From: a virus
Lineage: Duplodnaviria > Caudoviricetes
Length of the DNA stretch: 30,952 bases
Reading direction: 5' to 3' (one strand)
IMG/VR virus record: IMGVR_UViG_3300011337_000246
Span: 1-30,952 of that record
The position numbers were made by a program, and so were the translations under genes. Below the pieces are notes generated by a model, which ran no database searches, was not told where the DNA came from, and saw only the letters and a list, made by a program, of their open reading frames with translations. Shown one piece after another: positions 16,513-24,994 of the stretch (the first letter of the stretch is position 1; each line of letters begins with the position of its first letter).

Positions 16513-16559
16513 CCGCTAACTAATAGATAGGAGAAAATAATTTCTAAATAAAAAACTGA

Positions 16560-16790
16560 ATGTCAAATAAAAAATTAGATATTGATGAGAAAATTATTGC
16601 TTATAAATTCATTAACTTTGAAGGATTAATATTTCATTCAAATAAATTTTGGTTACATGAAAAACCTTGCAAAATAGTTTATAACAATGGAAGCAAATCA
16701 GTATTAATAAATGGCCGAAAATTTGGAATAATAAAATTAAGAAAACAAGCAAAAAAAATAGAAATAACAAAAATTAAACTACCATTTTAA
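16560..16790 (+). CDS. hypothetical protein
   Basis: 76 aa basic ORF. Confidence 0.5.
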   Translation: MSNKKLDIDEKIIAYKFINFEGLIFHSNKFWLHEKPCKIVYNNGSKSVLINGRKFGIIKLRKQAKKIEITKIKLPF

Positions 16791-16791
16791 A

Positions 16792-17508
16792 ATGAATCTA
16801 ATCAAACAAAACAACCACTACTTAACTGCACTCAATTCAAAACTAATAGTTGATATGCAGCAAACAGAATTAAAAGACCGAGTGATAAAAACACTTGCAA
16901 AGACTTACATTGACTGCGGAAAGGTAATCGAATCTAAGGAGTTGATGAGCCTAAGCAATGGGGTGATAAACGAAATTAAGCGATACTTTATTAACCTAAA
17001 AATTGATGAACTTGATTTATGCTTCCAAAACGGAGTTAGAAAACAATATGGCGAATACTTCGGTTTAAACATCGTAACATTTCATCAGTGGATTAAGTCT
17101 TATATGAGTGAAGATAAGCGAGCAGAAGCGTTAAAAATACGTTCTACACCAAGAATTGAGCCTATAAAGGAATACACCGCAGAAGATAAGTTAAGGATAA
17201 GAGATGAATTTATGAATCATGCTAAATCTACCTATATGAAATCGGGTACATTTGGATTGTATGAGCCAAGTATTGCAGACATCTACAAAATTTTAGTTGA
17301 TACTAATGAGTTAATTGACATTGAATATACATACAATATTGATGAAGCATTTGATTATGTCATCGAAGACTTAGAATATCGCTCAAAAACAAACGACATC
17401 TTACTAAGGCGAAAGCTAATCGCACAAAAAGAAACGCTAACACACGATAGCAAAGAAGTAATTAACATGGCAAAACAAATAACAATAGAAGATTTATGGA
17501 ACAAGTAA
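16792..17508 (+). CDS. hypothetical replication-associated protein (helicase-loader-like position)
   Basis: 238 aa with L...E....F.NG....YGEY.GLN..TF..W...Y; function inferred from position only. Confidence 0.45.
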   Translation: MNLIKQNNHYLTALNSKLIVDMQQTELKDRVIKTLAKTYIDCGKVIESKELMSLSNGVINEIKRYFINLKIDELDLCFQNGVRKQYGEYFGLNIVTFHQWIKSYMSEDKRAEALKIRSTPRIEPIKEYTAEDKLRIRDEFMNHAKSTYMKSGTFGLYEPSIADIYKILVDTNELIDIEYTYNIDEAFDYVIEDLEYRSKTNDILLRRKLIAQKETLTHDSKEVINMAKQITIEDLWNK

Positions 17509-17867
17509 AAAAACACAATCGGTATATAGTACCCTTCGACATACCAAGTGAAAGCCTAAAGAAAGGCGATATTTTAAGACATAAGAATGGACTTGATGAT
17601 GATATGTTTGAGAATATAGTAATCTTAAATTCATCTTATTGCCTGCCTCCCGAATGGGTAGAAACATGGGAGAAATACTACCAAGAAACCAACGAAGCAA
17701 CTGCACCCGATTATAGTAAAATAATTGAGTTGATAGAGGGTGAAATAAGTAGCATAAGGGTTGCAATTCAAGATAGTATTGATAATGATGATCTAATGGA
17801 TAAGGCTTACTATTCTAAAAGTAAAAGAGATTTTGAACGATTATTAACTAAAATAAAAGCCCTATGA
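17496..17867 (+). CDS. hypothetical protein
   Basis: 123 aa ORF. Confidence 0.55.
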   Translation: MEQVKKHNRYIVPFDIPSESLKKGDILRHKNGLDDDMFENIVILNSSYCLPPEWVETWEKYYQETNEATAPDYSKIIELIEGEISSIRVAIQDSIDNDDLMDKAYYSKSKRDFERLLTKIKAL

Positions 17868-18034
17868 AAGCAACAATAGACATAAGCGAATACGATTTGA
17901 CATCAATAATACTCACTAATGACGAAGATGAAGTCATTGAGTGGGGTGATTTGTCAAGCAATCAACAAATAAAGCTACTTAATAGCTTTTCAGAATTTCA
18001 CTCACTTTTTAGCAGATTTATTAAAGAAGATTAG
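17864..18034 (+). CDS. hypothetical protein (56 aa, MKATIDISEYDL...)
   Basis: ATGA overlap; fills the gap exactly; below the ORF-track cutoff. Confidence 0.55.
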   Translation: MKATIDISEYDLTSIILTNDEDEVIEWGDLSSNQQIKLLNSFSEFHSLFSRFIKED

Positions 18035-18036
18035 TT

Positions 18037-18282
18037 ATGGAACAAGTAAAACAAACCGCAGTTGAATGGTTAGCAGATAAAATTAAATGGAATTGGCAAG
18101 ACATTGAATACGGAGAAATTAGCATGAGTAATTTAGTGGAACAAGCCAAAGCAATGGAAAAGGAGCAGATAATTGATGCTTGGGACAATGGATTTGCTAA
18201 TGGTTACGATTTAGGTAAATACGATGACGATTGTAATCCTGATGATGCCGAACAATACTACAACGAAACTTATGGAGAATAA
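18037..18282 (+). CDS. small phage protein (KQTAVEWL...AK.MEKEQI.DA...AEQYYNETY type)
   Basis: Motif pattern I recognise from small proteins of Bacteroidota phages. Confidence 0.65.
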   Translation: MEQVKQTAVEWLADKIKWNWQDIEYGEISMSNLVEQAKAMEKEQIIDAWDNGFANGYDLGKYDDDCNPDDAEQYYNETYGE

Positions 18283-18287
18283 ATAAT

Positions 18288-18590
18288 ATGTCAAAATTAA
18301 TAGTAGCACAAGTAAGAGATTTGTTAAATCAAGTAATAAATGAGAAAATATCATTCTCAAGGTTTGTCGAAATTTTAAACGAAAGCAAAGAACCAAAAGA
18401 ACCAATTAAAAAAAATAAAATGATACACGTTTATCCAACAAATGATTTAGAACAACATGATTTAGAAGGAACTCAATGTAATTGTAATCCTAAAGTAATT
18501 ATAGAGCCTAATGCTGAAATTATCATTGTTCATAATTCATTTGATGGTCGAGAAGGTGTTGAATTGGCTAATGAAATCTTAAAAAATTAA
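18288..18590 (+). CDS. hypothetical protein with a His/Cys C-terminal domain
   Basis: HVYP.ND...H......C.C.P......VHNSFDGRE; possible internal start at 18420. Confidence 0.55.
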   Translation: MSKLIVAQVRDLLNQVINEKISFSRFVEILNESKEPKEPIKKNKMIHVYPTNDLEQHDLEGTQCNCNPKVIIEPNAEIIIVHNSFDGREGVELANEILKN

Positions 18591-18599
18591 CACAAAGAA

Positions 18600-18926
18600 A
18601 TGAAAAAAACTACAATAGATATACCAATTTATCAATGTAAGTTAACTATAATATTAGATAAAGACTTGTCTTATCTTGAGAAAAAATATAAAACAAAATC
18701 TTTGTCTAATTATGGAGCAGTTACAATGAGAGTTCCTGATAAGTTTAATGAATATATTATGGCTTTTGAGTATAATGAAGGAACTATAATAGCACACGAA
18801 ATAGTGCATTTAAAGAATTATATCTGTCAAGACAAATGTATTGAATTAGATAAATTTAATGATGAACATGAAGCATATTTAACAGGTTGGTTATTCAAAC
18901 AAGTAGAAACATTTTTAAAAAAATAA
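18600..18926 (+). CDS. HExxH zincin-like protein
   Basis: IAHEIVH...DEHEAYL.GW. Confidence 0.65.
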   Translation: MKKTTIDIPIYQCKLTIILDKDLSYLEKKYKTKSLSNYGAVTMRVPDKFNEYIMAFEYNEGTIIAHEIVHLKNYICQDKCIELDKFNDEHEAYLTGWLFKQVETFLKK

Positions 18927-18931
18927 AACCT

Positions 18932-19216
18932 ATGGAAAATAAAACCGACATTCAACAACTAATAGATCGCAACTATGCTGCTCAAATAAAACGTGGCCAG
19001 ATTACACCTGACACCGATTTAAGTGATTGTATTGATAAGATAAAGGAAGAATTAAAAGAATTAGTTGATAGCTATATAGAGACAAATAAAGACTTTGACA
19101 CAAAAGAACTAATAGACATTATGCTTGTATGCTTTTCAATGGCAAAACACTTTAAAATTGATTGGCAGCAAGTAATGACCGAGAAAGTAGAATTTAACGA
19201 AAAAAGACTTGATTAA
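18932..19216 (+). CDS. MazG-like nucleotide pyrophosphohydrolase
   Basis: KIKEELKEL...KELIDI......A....ID......KV..N..R. Confidence 0.7.
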   Translation: MENKTDIQQLIDRNYAAQIKRGQITPDTDLSDCIDKIKEELKELVDSYIETNKDFDTKELIDIMLVCFSMAKHFKIDWQQVMTEKVEFNEKRLD

Positions 19217-19235
19217 TTTATTTAGAATTTATAAC

Positions 19236-19243
19236 TATTTTTG
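19236..19243 (+). promoter_or_regulatory. -7 promoter element (TATTTTTG)
   Basis: TAnnTTTG ending 4 nt before the ATG at 19248. Confidence 0.5.
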
Positions 19244-19247
19244 CAGC

Positions 19248-19295
19248 ATGGAACGAGAAGACGAAATATTTGCATTACTTAACCCTGATGAATGA
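19248..19295 (+). CDS. 15-aa leader ORF (MEREDEIFALLNPDE)
   Basis: Starts just after the promoter; its stop overlaps the sigma-like gene ATG (ATGA). Confidence 0.4.
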   Translation: MEREDEIFALLNPDE

Positions 19296-19753
19296 AGCCT
19301 GATAGACTTTACTTAGTGGATATAATTGTAAGCGACAAGTCATTTAAAGAAATGTGCTACAAGATAAATACACACTATGCTGAAGACATTTATCAAGAAA
19401 CTATATGTGAAATTTTAACCATAGCAGATGAACGATTGCCCGACCTTAACTACTTAAAGTTTTGGTTTTACCGAGTTGCTTTTAACGTAATGTCACGCAA
19501 TGGTAAGTTGGGAAAGATAGTACTAAGAGAGGTGATTGAATTTGACATCTATACACCAAGTGAAATAACTAAGGAAATAATGACAAGGGAAGCCGAGCAA
19601 TTCATGCTTTCCTTAAATGAGTTCGAGAATAGAATTATACTTTTGTATAATCAATTTGGGGACATGAAGAAAGTTCAACGATTAACTGGGATTAGCTATT
19701 CGGCACTTAGGGCAGTCAAAGAAAAAATAAAACAAAAAGCTAAAGAAATATGA
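19292..19753 (+). CDS. ECF/sigma-70-like transcription factor
   Basis: AEDIYQE....I and WFYRVA.N (region 2-like); L...E..I..LY......KV..LTGISY..L (region 4 HTH). Confidence 0.7.
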   Translation: MKPDRLYLVDIIVSDKSFKEMCYKINTHYAEDIYQETICEILTIADERLPDLNYLKFWFYRVAFNVMSRNGKLGKIVLREVIEFDIYTPSEITKEIMTREAEQFMLSLNEFENRIILLYNQFGDMKKVQRLTGISYSALRAVKEKIKQKAKEI

Positions 19754-20823
19754 TTAAATTACTAATAGTAGTTCCCAGTTACCCAAAGACAAGCGGAGTT
19801 GATTATCATAGGTTGCTAATGCCTCACCAGGTGATGTCAGACCTATTTAAAGATGAGATTGAAATAAGTCTAATAAATGAAGTGGACAGCGCAACAGATG
19901 AGTTTTTAAAGGACTTTGATTTAGTAGTAATGAATAGGTTTGCATCAAAAACAAATGAGCCTGAACTATTGATTGAGAAACTAAAAAGAGTTGGGCTACC
20001 TTATGTTATGGATTTGGATGATGACTATATCCTTCCTAAAAATCATATCTTATACTATGTAGCGAATGATGGCAACCACACTAAACAAATAGGCTTAGCA
20101 GTTAAGCACGCAACCGCCTGCACCGTCACTCATGAACTATTAGGTAACACATTGAACAAAGAATTAGGGCAAAAAAATATTTACATAGTCCCAAATGGAA
20201 TTTATCCTGATGGACATTTTGCGCTAAAAGAAGTACAAAAGAGTAATAAGTTGAATTTCGGATGGAGTGGTTCAATCACACACTTAGAAGATGTTATTCT
20301 AATGCACGATGGTTTGTATTCGTTATACACCGCAGATGATTACAAAGAAAAGTTCAGAGTAGTTTATGGTGGGTTTGCAAGTCAATCCGAAACAAGTCAA
20401 GCTATACTTAGCGTGTTGAGTGCAAGGGGTAAAGCAAGTGAATCTCAATTTGGAATCTTTAAAGAAACAAGTGTAGGCGAATATGGAAACTTTTATGACC
20501 TTATAGATGTTTCTCTAATACCACTAAGAAATAATCGTTTCAATAATAATAAATCAAACCTTAAACTTTTAGAATCAGGATTTAAAATGAAAGCGGTTAT
20601 TTGTAGTGATGTTTACCCTTATTCACCTGACCTTAAACATGGGGTTAACTGCTTAAAAGTTAAACACAAGAACGACTGGTACAAACATATGACCAAACTA
20701 ATAGACAATCCGAACTTAGTTGAAGACTTAAGGGCGCAGTTGTATATTGATGTGCAACGATATCACATGGCTAATGTGGCAACAGAACGATTTGAAGCAT
20801 ATAAGGAGATTTTAGGATGTTAG
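19750..20823 (+). CDS. GT-B (GT4-like) glycosyltransferase
   Basis: GVDYHRL..P, DLDD, VPNGI, GWSGS.TH..D, D.SLIPL....FN..KSNLKLLE, VICSDV.PY. Confidence 0.85.
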   Translation: MIKLLIVVPSYPKTSGVDYHRLLMPHQVMSDLFKDEIEISLINEVDSATDEFLKDFDLVVMNRFASKTNEPELLIEKLKRVGLPYVMDLDDDYILPKNHILYYVANDGNHTKQIGLAVKHATACTVTHELLGNTLNKELGQKNIYIVPNGIYPDGHFALKEVQKSNKLNFGWSGSITHLEDVILMHDGLYSLYTADDYKEKFRVVYGGFASQSETSQAILSVLSARGKASESQFGIFKETSVGEYGNFYDLIDVSLIPLRNNRFNNNKSNLKLLESGFKMKAVICSDVYPYSPDLKHGVNCLKVKHKNDWYKHMTKLIDNPNLVEDLRAQLYIDVQRYHMANVATERFEAYKEILGC

Positions 20824-21062
20824 AATTATTAGGAATACCTTTTTTACTTATTTCATTTTTTACAATGACAAGTTTACCAAGTTGGTTAGACTTCAAACCT
20901 TTTAACTGCATTGTGTGCCTTTCTTTTTGGTGTACATTATTTGCATCATTATTATTTATCTTTGCACCAACATTGCAACCTTATTTGATTGCATTAGGTT
21001 ATGGTGGCTATGCAAGCTACTTAGCTATGATTATGAAACGTATTTTAATTAAATTATACTGA
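20817..21062 (+). CDS. small membrane protein with CxxC
   Basis: KPFNC.VCLSFW; three hydrophobic segments. Confidence 0.6.
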   Translation: MLELLGIPFLLISFFTMTSLPSWLDFKPFNCIVCLSFWCTLFASLLFIFAPTLQPYLIALGYGGYASYLAMIMKRILIKLY

Positions 21063-21358
21063 TGAAAACTTTTGACGAAATTTACCAAGAAATAATTTTT
21101 AAGGATGACACGATTCGTTATTCAATGCGAGAACTCCTGCACGTTTTTCAGACAGAGAATAGTTGGATAGGACAAACACATCAACTTTTGAGCCTAAAAG
21201 AATTTCAACATGAATTAACTGGAATAAGACCAGGCGGTTGTTCAGGATGTAACATTGAGGTATTGCAGAATATGATTCGATGGGTGAACAAATACGAAGC
21301 GGATAAGGCAGCACAAGACACAATTAAGAAAGCAGGGAGACCAAAACGCAATGGATAA
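21062..21358 (+). CDS. hypothetical protein with CxxC
   Basis: CSGC motif; C-terminal KKAGRPKR. Confidence 0.6.
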   Translation: MKTFDEIYQEIIFKDDTIRYSMRELLHVFQTENSWIGQTHQLLSLKEFQHELTGIRPGGCSGCNIEVLQNMIRWVNKYEADKAAQDTIKKAGRPKRNG

Positions 21359-22019
21359 AATAGTTTATTCTCATAGCGGTGGACATGGTGACATGATTTA
21401 TTCTTTAGCAGTTTGCAAAAGGATAGGTGCAGGTTTTTACAGAACAAATTTTGATGATGTGTATTATCGCAATATAAAACCATTGCTTGAAGAACAGCCT
21501 TACATCATTGAAGTATTATCACGAAATTCAAACGAAAGTATAACACATAATCTTGATGACTTTAGAAACATGGGTGGACTTGGAGACATTCCTTTGGTTA
21601 GAAACCATTTAAAAGCATTTAATTTAAGTGAAGATAATTGGAATGAGAATTGGTTAACCATAACACCTAAGAGCTTAATTGAGGGCGAATATGCACTCGT
21701 AAATGTTACACCAAGATATCCTGCAAGTGGTTTTGATTGGCAGTCTGAAATAGACTATTTGAAATCAAAGTACAAACAAGTATTTTATGTAGGCTATCAA
21801 GATGACATGACACCACCATTTAATTCATTAGAATACTTTAAAACAAACGATGCACTCGAACTTGCCCAGTTGATAAACGAAGCAGAAATTATAAGTTGCA
21901 ATCAATCATTTGCTTTAACGATAGCGCAAGGATTAGGAAAGAATTATAGATTAATGGTTGCAGATAACCACACTAACTGCATACATAATGTACCAAACGA
22001 AACACTTTTAAATAGATGA
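21351..22019 (+). CDS. GT9/heptosyltransferase-like glycosyltransferase
   Basis: HSGGHGDMIYSL, PLLE.QPYI.EV, LELAQLI..A.....NQS....IA.GLGK. Confidence 0.65.
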   Translation: MDKIVYSHSGGHGDMIYSLAVCKRIGAGFYRTNFDDVYYRNIKPLLEEQPYIIEVLSRNSNESITHNLDDFRNMGGLGDIPLVRNHLKAFNLSEDNWNENWLTITPKSLIEGEYALVNVTPRYPASGFDWQSEIDYLKSKYKQVFYVGYQDDMTPPFNSLEYFKTNDALELAQLINEAEIISCNQSFALTIAQGLGKNYRLMVADNHTNCIHNVPNETLLNR

Positions 22020-22657
22020 TAATAGACCAACACGAATATAAAATAAACGAACAAGGGGTGCTTCAACAAGTAAACCCTAATATTATAACTTATGACTCTG
22101 ATTATGTAACATCAAGATATGGTGCAATAATTGAATTAAGAAAACAAATGAGTATGTTGAGATTTGGCTACTTATTGGGATGTATTGGCAAACCTACTAA
22201 GATACTTGAAATCGGTTATGGTGCAGGTGACTTTATCGAATTATGTGCAGAGCAAGGCATTGAATGTTTTGGCAATGACATAACTGGAATACCAACACCG
22301 CCAAAAGTAACACCAACACAGAATTTATATGAGCAAGTTGATGTAGTTTGTATGTTTGATGTATTGGAACACTTTGAAGACATTAATTTTATCAAAGACC
22401 TTAACACTAAGTATGTTTACGTTTCAGTTCCTAACTGCGACCAACCAAATAACATTGATTACCTAATGAGACATTACATACATTTAAGACCAAATGAACA
22501 TCTACACCACTTTAATAAGTCTTCACTAATAGAACACTTTAAGTTAAATGGCTATAAACTAATAACCATCTCAAACTGCGAAGATACTATAAGGAAAAGA
22601 CCAAATACACCGATTAATATTTTATCTGCTATCTTTGAAAAAGAAAATTTAAGCTAA
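22016..22657 (+). CDS. class I SAM-dependent methyltransferase
   Basis: ILEIGYGAGDF, DVVCMFDVLEH, SVP and P.EHLHHF motifs. Confidence 0.85.
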   Translation: MIIDQHEYKINEQGVLQQVNPNIITYDSDYVTSRYGAIIELRKQMSMLRFGYLLGCIGKPTKILEIGYGAGDFIELCAEQGIECFGNDITGIPTPPKVTPTQNLYEQVDVVCMFDVLEHFEDINFIKDLNTKYVYVSVPNCDQPNNIDYLMRHYIHLRPNEHLHHFNKSSLIEHFKLNGYKLITISNCEDTIRKRPNTPINILSAIFEKENLS

Positions 22658-23061
22658 TGGGAAAAAATAAATTTATTGAAACACCCGAAAAGATGTGGGA
22701 ATACTTTGAAGCATATCGCATTAAAGTAAAAAGCAACCCTATTTTAGTTCAAGACTTTGTTGGTAAGGATGGCGATGAGGTAAACAGAAAGAAAGAAAGA
22801 CCATTGACATTGGAAGGTTTTGAACTCTATTGTTACGATAACGACATTATAAGCGATTTAAGCCACTATTTTGCAAATTTAGATAATAGGTACAGCAATT
22901 ATGTAGCTATCTGTTCACGTATAAGGAAAACTATCAAGGATGACCAAATACAAGGAGGTATGGCAGGAATCTACAATCCAAGCATAACACAGCGATTAAA
23001 TGGGTTAACTGATAAGAGTGAAATTAAGCATATCGAACAACCACTTTTCCCCGATAAATAA
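22657..23061 (+). CDS. terS: terminase small subunit (P22 gp3-like DNA-packaging protein)
   Basis: ETPE.MW..F..Y, RPLT.EGF, I..DQI.GGM.G.YN.SITQRLNGL; upstream of TerL. Confidence 0.8.
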   Translation: MGKNKFIETPEKMWEYFEAYRIKVKSNPILVQDFVGKDGDEVNRKKERPLTLEGFELYCYDNDIISDLSHYFANLDNRYSNYVAICSRIRKTIKDDQIQGGMAGIYNPSITQRLNGLTDKSEIKHIEQPLFPDK

Positions 23062-23138
23062 AACCATTCACATAAAATTTACGTTAAAAAGTATAGCGTA
23101 TAACGATGTTTTAATAAATTCAAATAGAAAATCCGTAA

Positions 23139-24353
23139 ATGTTCAAACGTACCACAGCTATAAATAGATTATTGGAGTTATCCGCCCGAAAGAAAATCAT
23201 TCAGGGTGGGACTTCCTAATATCCCCTTATGAGTAATTGTAAGGGGGACTAATCAGCAGGAAAGACATTTGGAATACTTCCTATACTAATTGATAGGGCA
23301 GCAAAGACACCACATCTTGAAATAAGTGTAGTGAGTGAAACCATCCCACATTTGCGCAGGGGTGCAATGAAAGACTTTTTAAAAATAATGGAATGGACTG
23401 GAAGGTACAATGATAATAATTGGAATCGTTCATTACTTACTTATCGTTTCTCAAATGGTTCTTATATAGAGTTCTTTAGCGCAGAAATGGAATCTAAGTT
23501 AAGGGGTGCAAGAAGAAACATCTTATACATTAATGAGGCGAATAATATAACCTTTGAATCTTACCATCAATTAGCAGTCCGAACAAGTGGAGAAATATGG
23601 TTAGACTTTAATCCAACAAATGAATTTTGGGCGCATACCGAGTTGATGAATGACCAGGACACTGAACACATCATTCTAACTTATAAAGACAATGAGGCAC
23701 TACCCGATACTATTATACACGACATTGAGGCTGCGGAACTAAAAGCTAAGACATCAACATATTGGGCGAATTGGTGGCAAGTTTATGGACTTGGGCAAGT
23801 GGGAAGTTTACAAGATGTAATATTTGACCAATGGAAGCAGATTGACACGATACCTGAGAAAGCAGAACTTGTAGGACATGGAATGGATTTTGGATTTACA
23901 AATGACCCGAGCACACTTGTAGCAATTTATAAGTATGAAGGCAAACTAATTATAGATGAGTTACTATACCGAACGAATATGACCAACAACGATTTGGGTA
24001 ACTTTTTAAAGTCAATCCAATTTGGGCGCAAAGAATTGATATGTGATAGTGCCGAGCCTAAGTCAATAGAAGAGTTAAGGCTGCAAGGTTTCAATGTCAG
24101 ACCTGCGGTTAAAGGTGCAGATTCAATCAAGATAGGAATAGACATTTTAAAGAGATACGAAATTCAAGTGACAAAGAACTCTACTAATTTAATCAAAGAA
24201 TTGAGAGGTTACACTTGGGAAAAAGACAACGAAGGCAAACTAACTGGAAAGCCAATAGATAGTTTGAACAATTGCGTTGACCCTATGAGATATGTCGCAC
24301 TAATTAAATTAAACAATCGCCCGAGTGGTAAATATTCAACAATTTCAATTTAA
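23139..24353 (+). CDS. terL: terminase large subunit (PBSX-like), interrupted by a 39-nt insert in Walker A
   Basis: MFKRTTAI...IIQGGTS|stop-insert-stop|SAGKTFGIL, all in one frame; Walker B LYINEAN, LDFNP, GMDFGFTNDP, DSAEPKSI, D.MRY. Confidence 0.9.
23217..23255 (+). other. coding gap with hairpin (candidate translational-bypass element)
   Basis: TCC-TAA-TA-TCCCCTTATGA-GTAA-TTGTAAGGGGG-AC-TAA-TCA; skipping 39 nt restores GGTSAGKT. Confidence 0.65.
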
Positions 24354-24370
24354 ACTTATATTTATAAAAG

Positions 24371-24994
24371 ATGATAGGCAATTACAACCAACTTACGATT
24401 AAGCAGTTTTTAAAGATTAAACTAATTAGCGAATTAGAACAAGACCCACTTCACAGAAAGGTTTTAATCTTGAGTGAGATTAGTGGGCAGTCAGTTGATG
24501 ATATCGAAAGTATGCCAATAGGGGATATGATTGAGGCATTGAAAGGATTGGATAAAATTGAGAATCTACAAACTGATGAAAAGATTAAATTGAAGTTCAA
24601 AGTAGGTGGCAGGAGATTCATTGTTAAGTGGAAAGAACAAGAGTTAACGAGTGAACAGTTCATTGATGTAAGTCACTTTTGTAAAGACCCTGACAAGATA
24701 TTGAGCAACATACATAATATACTTGCTTCGGTTTGTGTGGAACGTAATTGGTATGGAAAGGAATTAGGGTACAAAGGCGAAAAGCACAAAGAGGTAGCAG
24801 ACTTGTTTTATAACGAAATGAAAATATCAACTGCATATCCAATCATGCTTTTTTTTTGCAAATATTACGAGGCATTGCATCGAAATATCCTAACCTTTTT
24901 GGAATCGGAAGCGAACCAGGCGATGAAGAACACGAAGGAACTAATGGAGAAATTCAAGGATTTAGAGAAAAGTGGGGATGGATTGCAAGCATAA
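24371..24994 (+). CDS. tail assembly chaperone-like protein (G form)
   Basis: LTIKQF..I, LT.EQFID and A.....FF motifs; T9 slippery run at 24849-24857. Confidence 0.55.
   Translation: MIGNYNQLTIKQFLKIKLISELEQDPLHRKVLILSEISGQSVDDIESMPIGDMIEALKGLDKIENLQTDEKIKLKFKVGGRRFIVKWKEQELTSEQFIDVSHFCKDPDKILSNIHNILASVCVERNWYGKELGYKGEKHKEVADLFYNEMKISTAYPIMLFFCKYYEALHRNILTFLESEANQAMKNTKELMEKFKDLEKSGDGLQA

Larger units (their letters stand above)
14675..16520. mobile_element. array of five integron-like gene cassettes (no integrase in window)
   Basis: Five TAAC...GTTA hairpins alternate with five genes; each gene is flanked by its own inverted repeat. Confidence 0.75.

Noticed and set aside
14675-16520. CRISPR array or simple terminators as an explanation of the repeated hairpins
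   Set aside because: The repeats differ in sequence and length, are separated by whole genes, and lack 3' T tracts; the cassette-specific flanking complementarity is not explained by either idea.
23217-23252. Stop-codon reassignment or readthrough in terL
   Set aside because: TAA terminates many genes in this window, and readthrough would insert 13 residues into the P-loop.
23208-23253. GGGACT or CTAAT direct repeats as target-site duplication or matched take-off/landing sites
   Set aside because: Collapsing the GGGACT repeat shifts the frame, and collapsing CTAAT leaves a TAA; only the 39-nt TCC-to-TCA skip restores the protein.
23331-24353. GTG 23331 as the true terL start
   Set aside because: The product would lack Walker A; homologous sequence continues upstream to ATG 23139.
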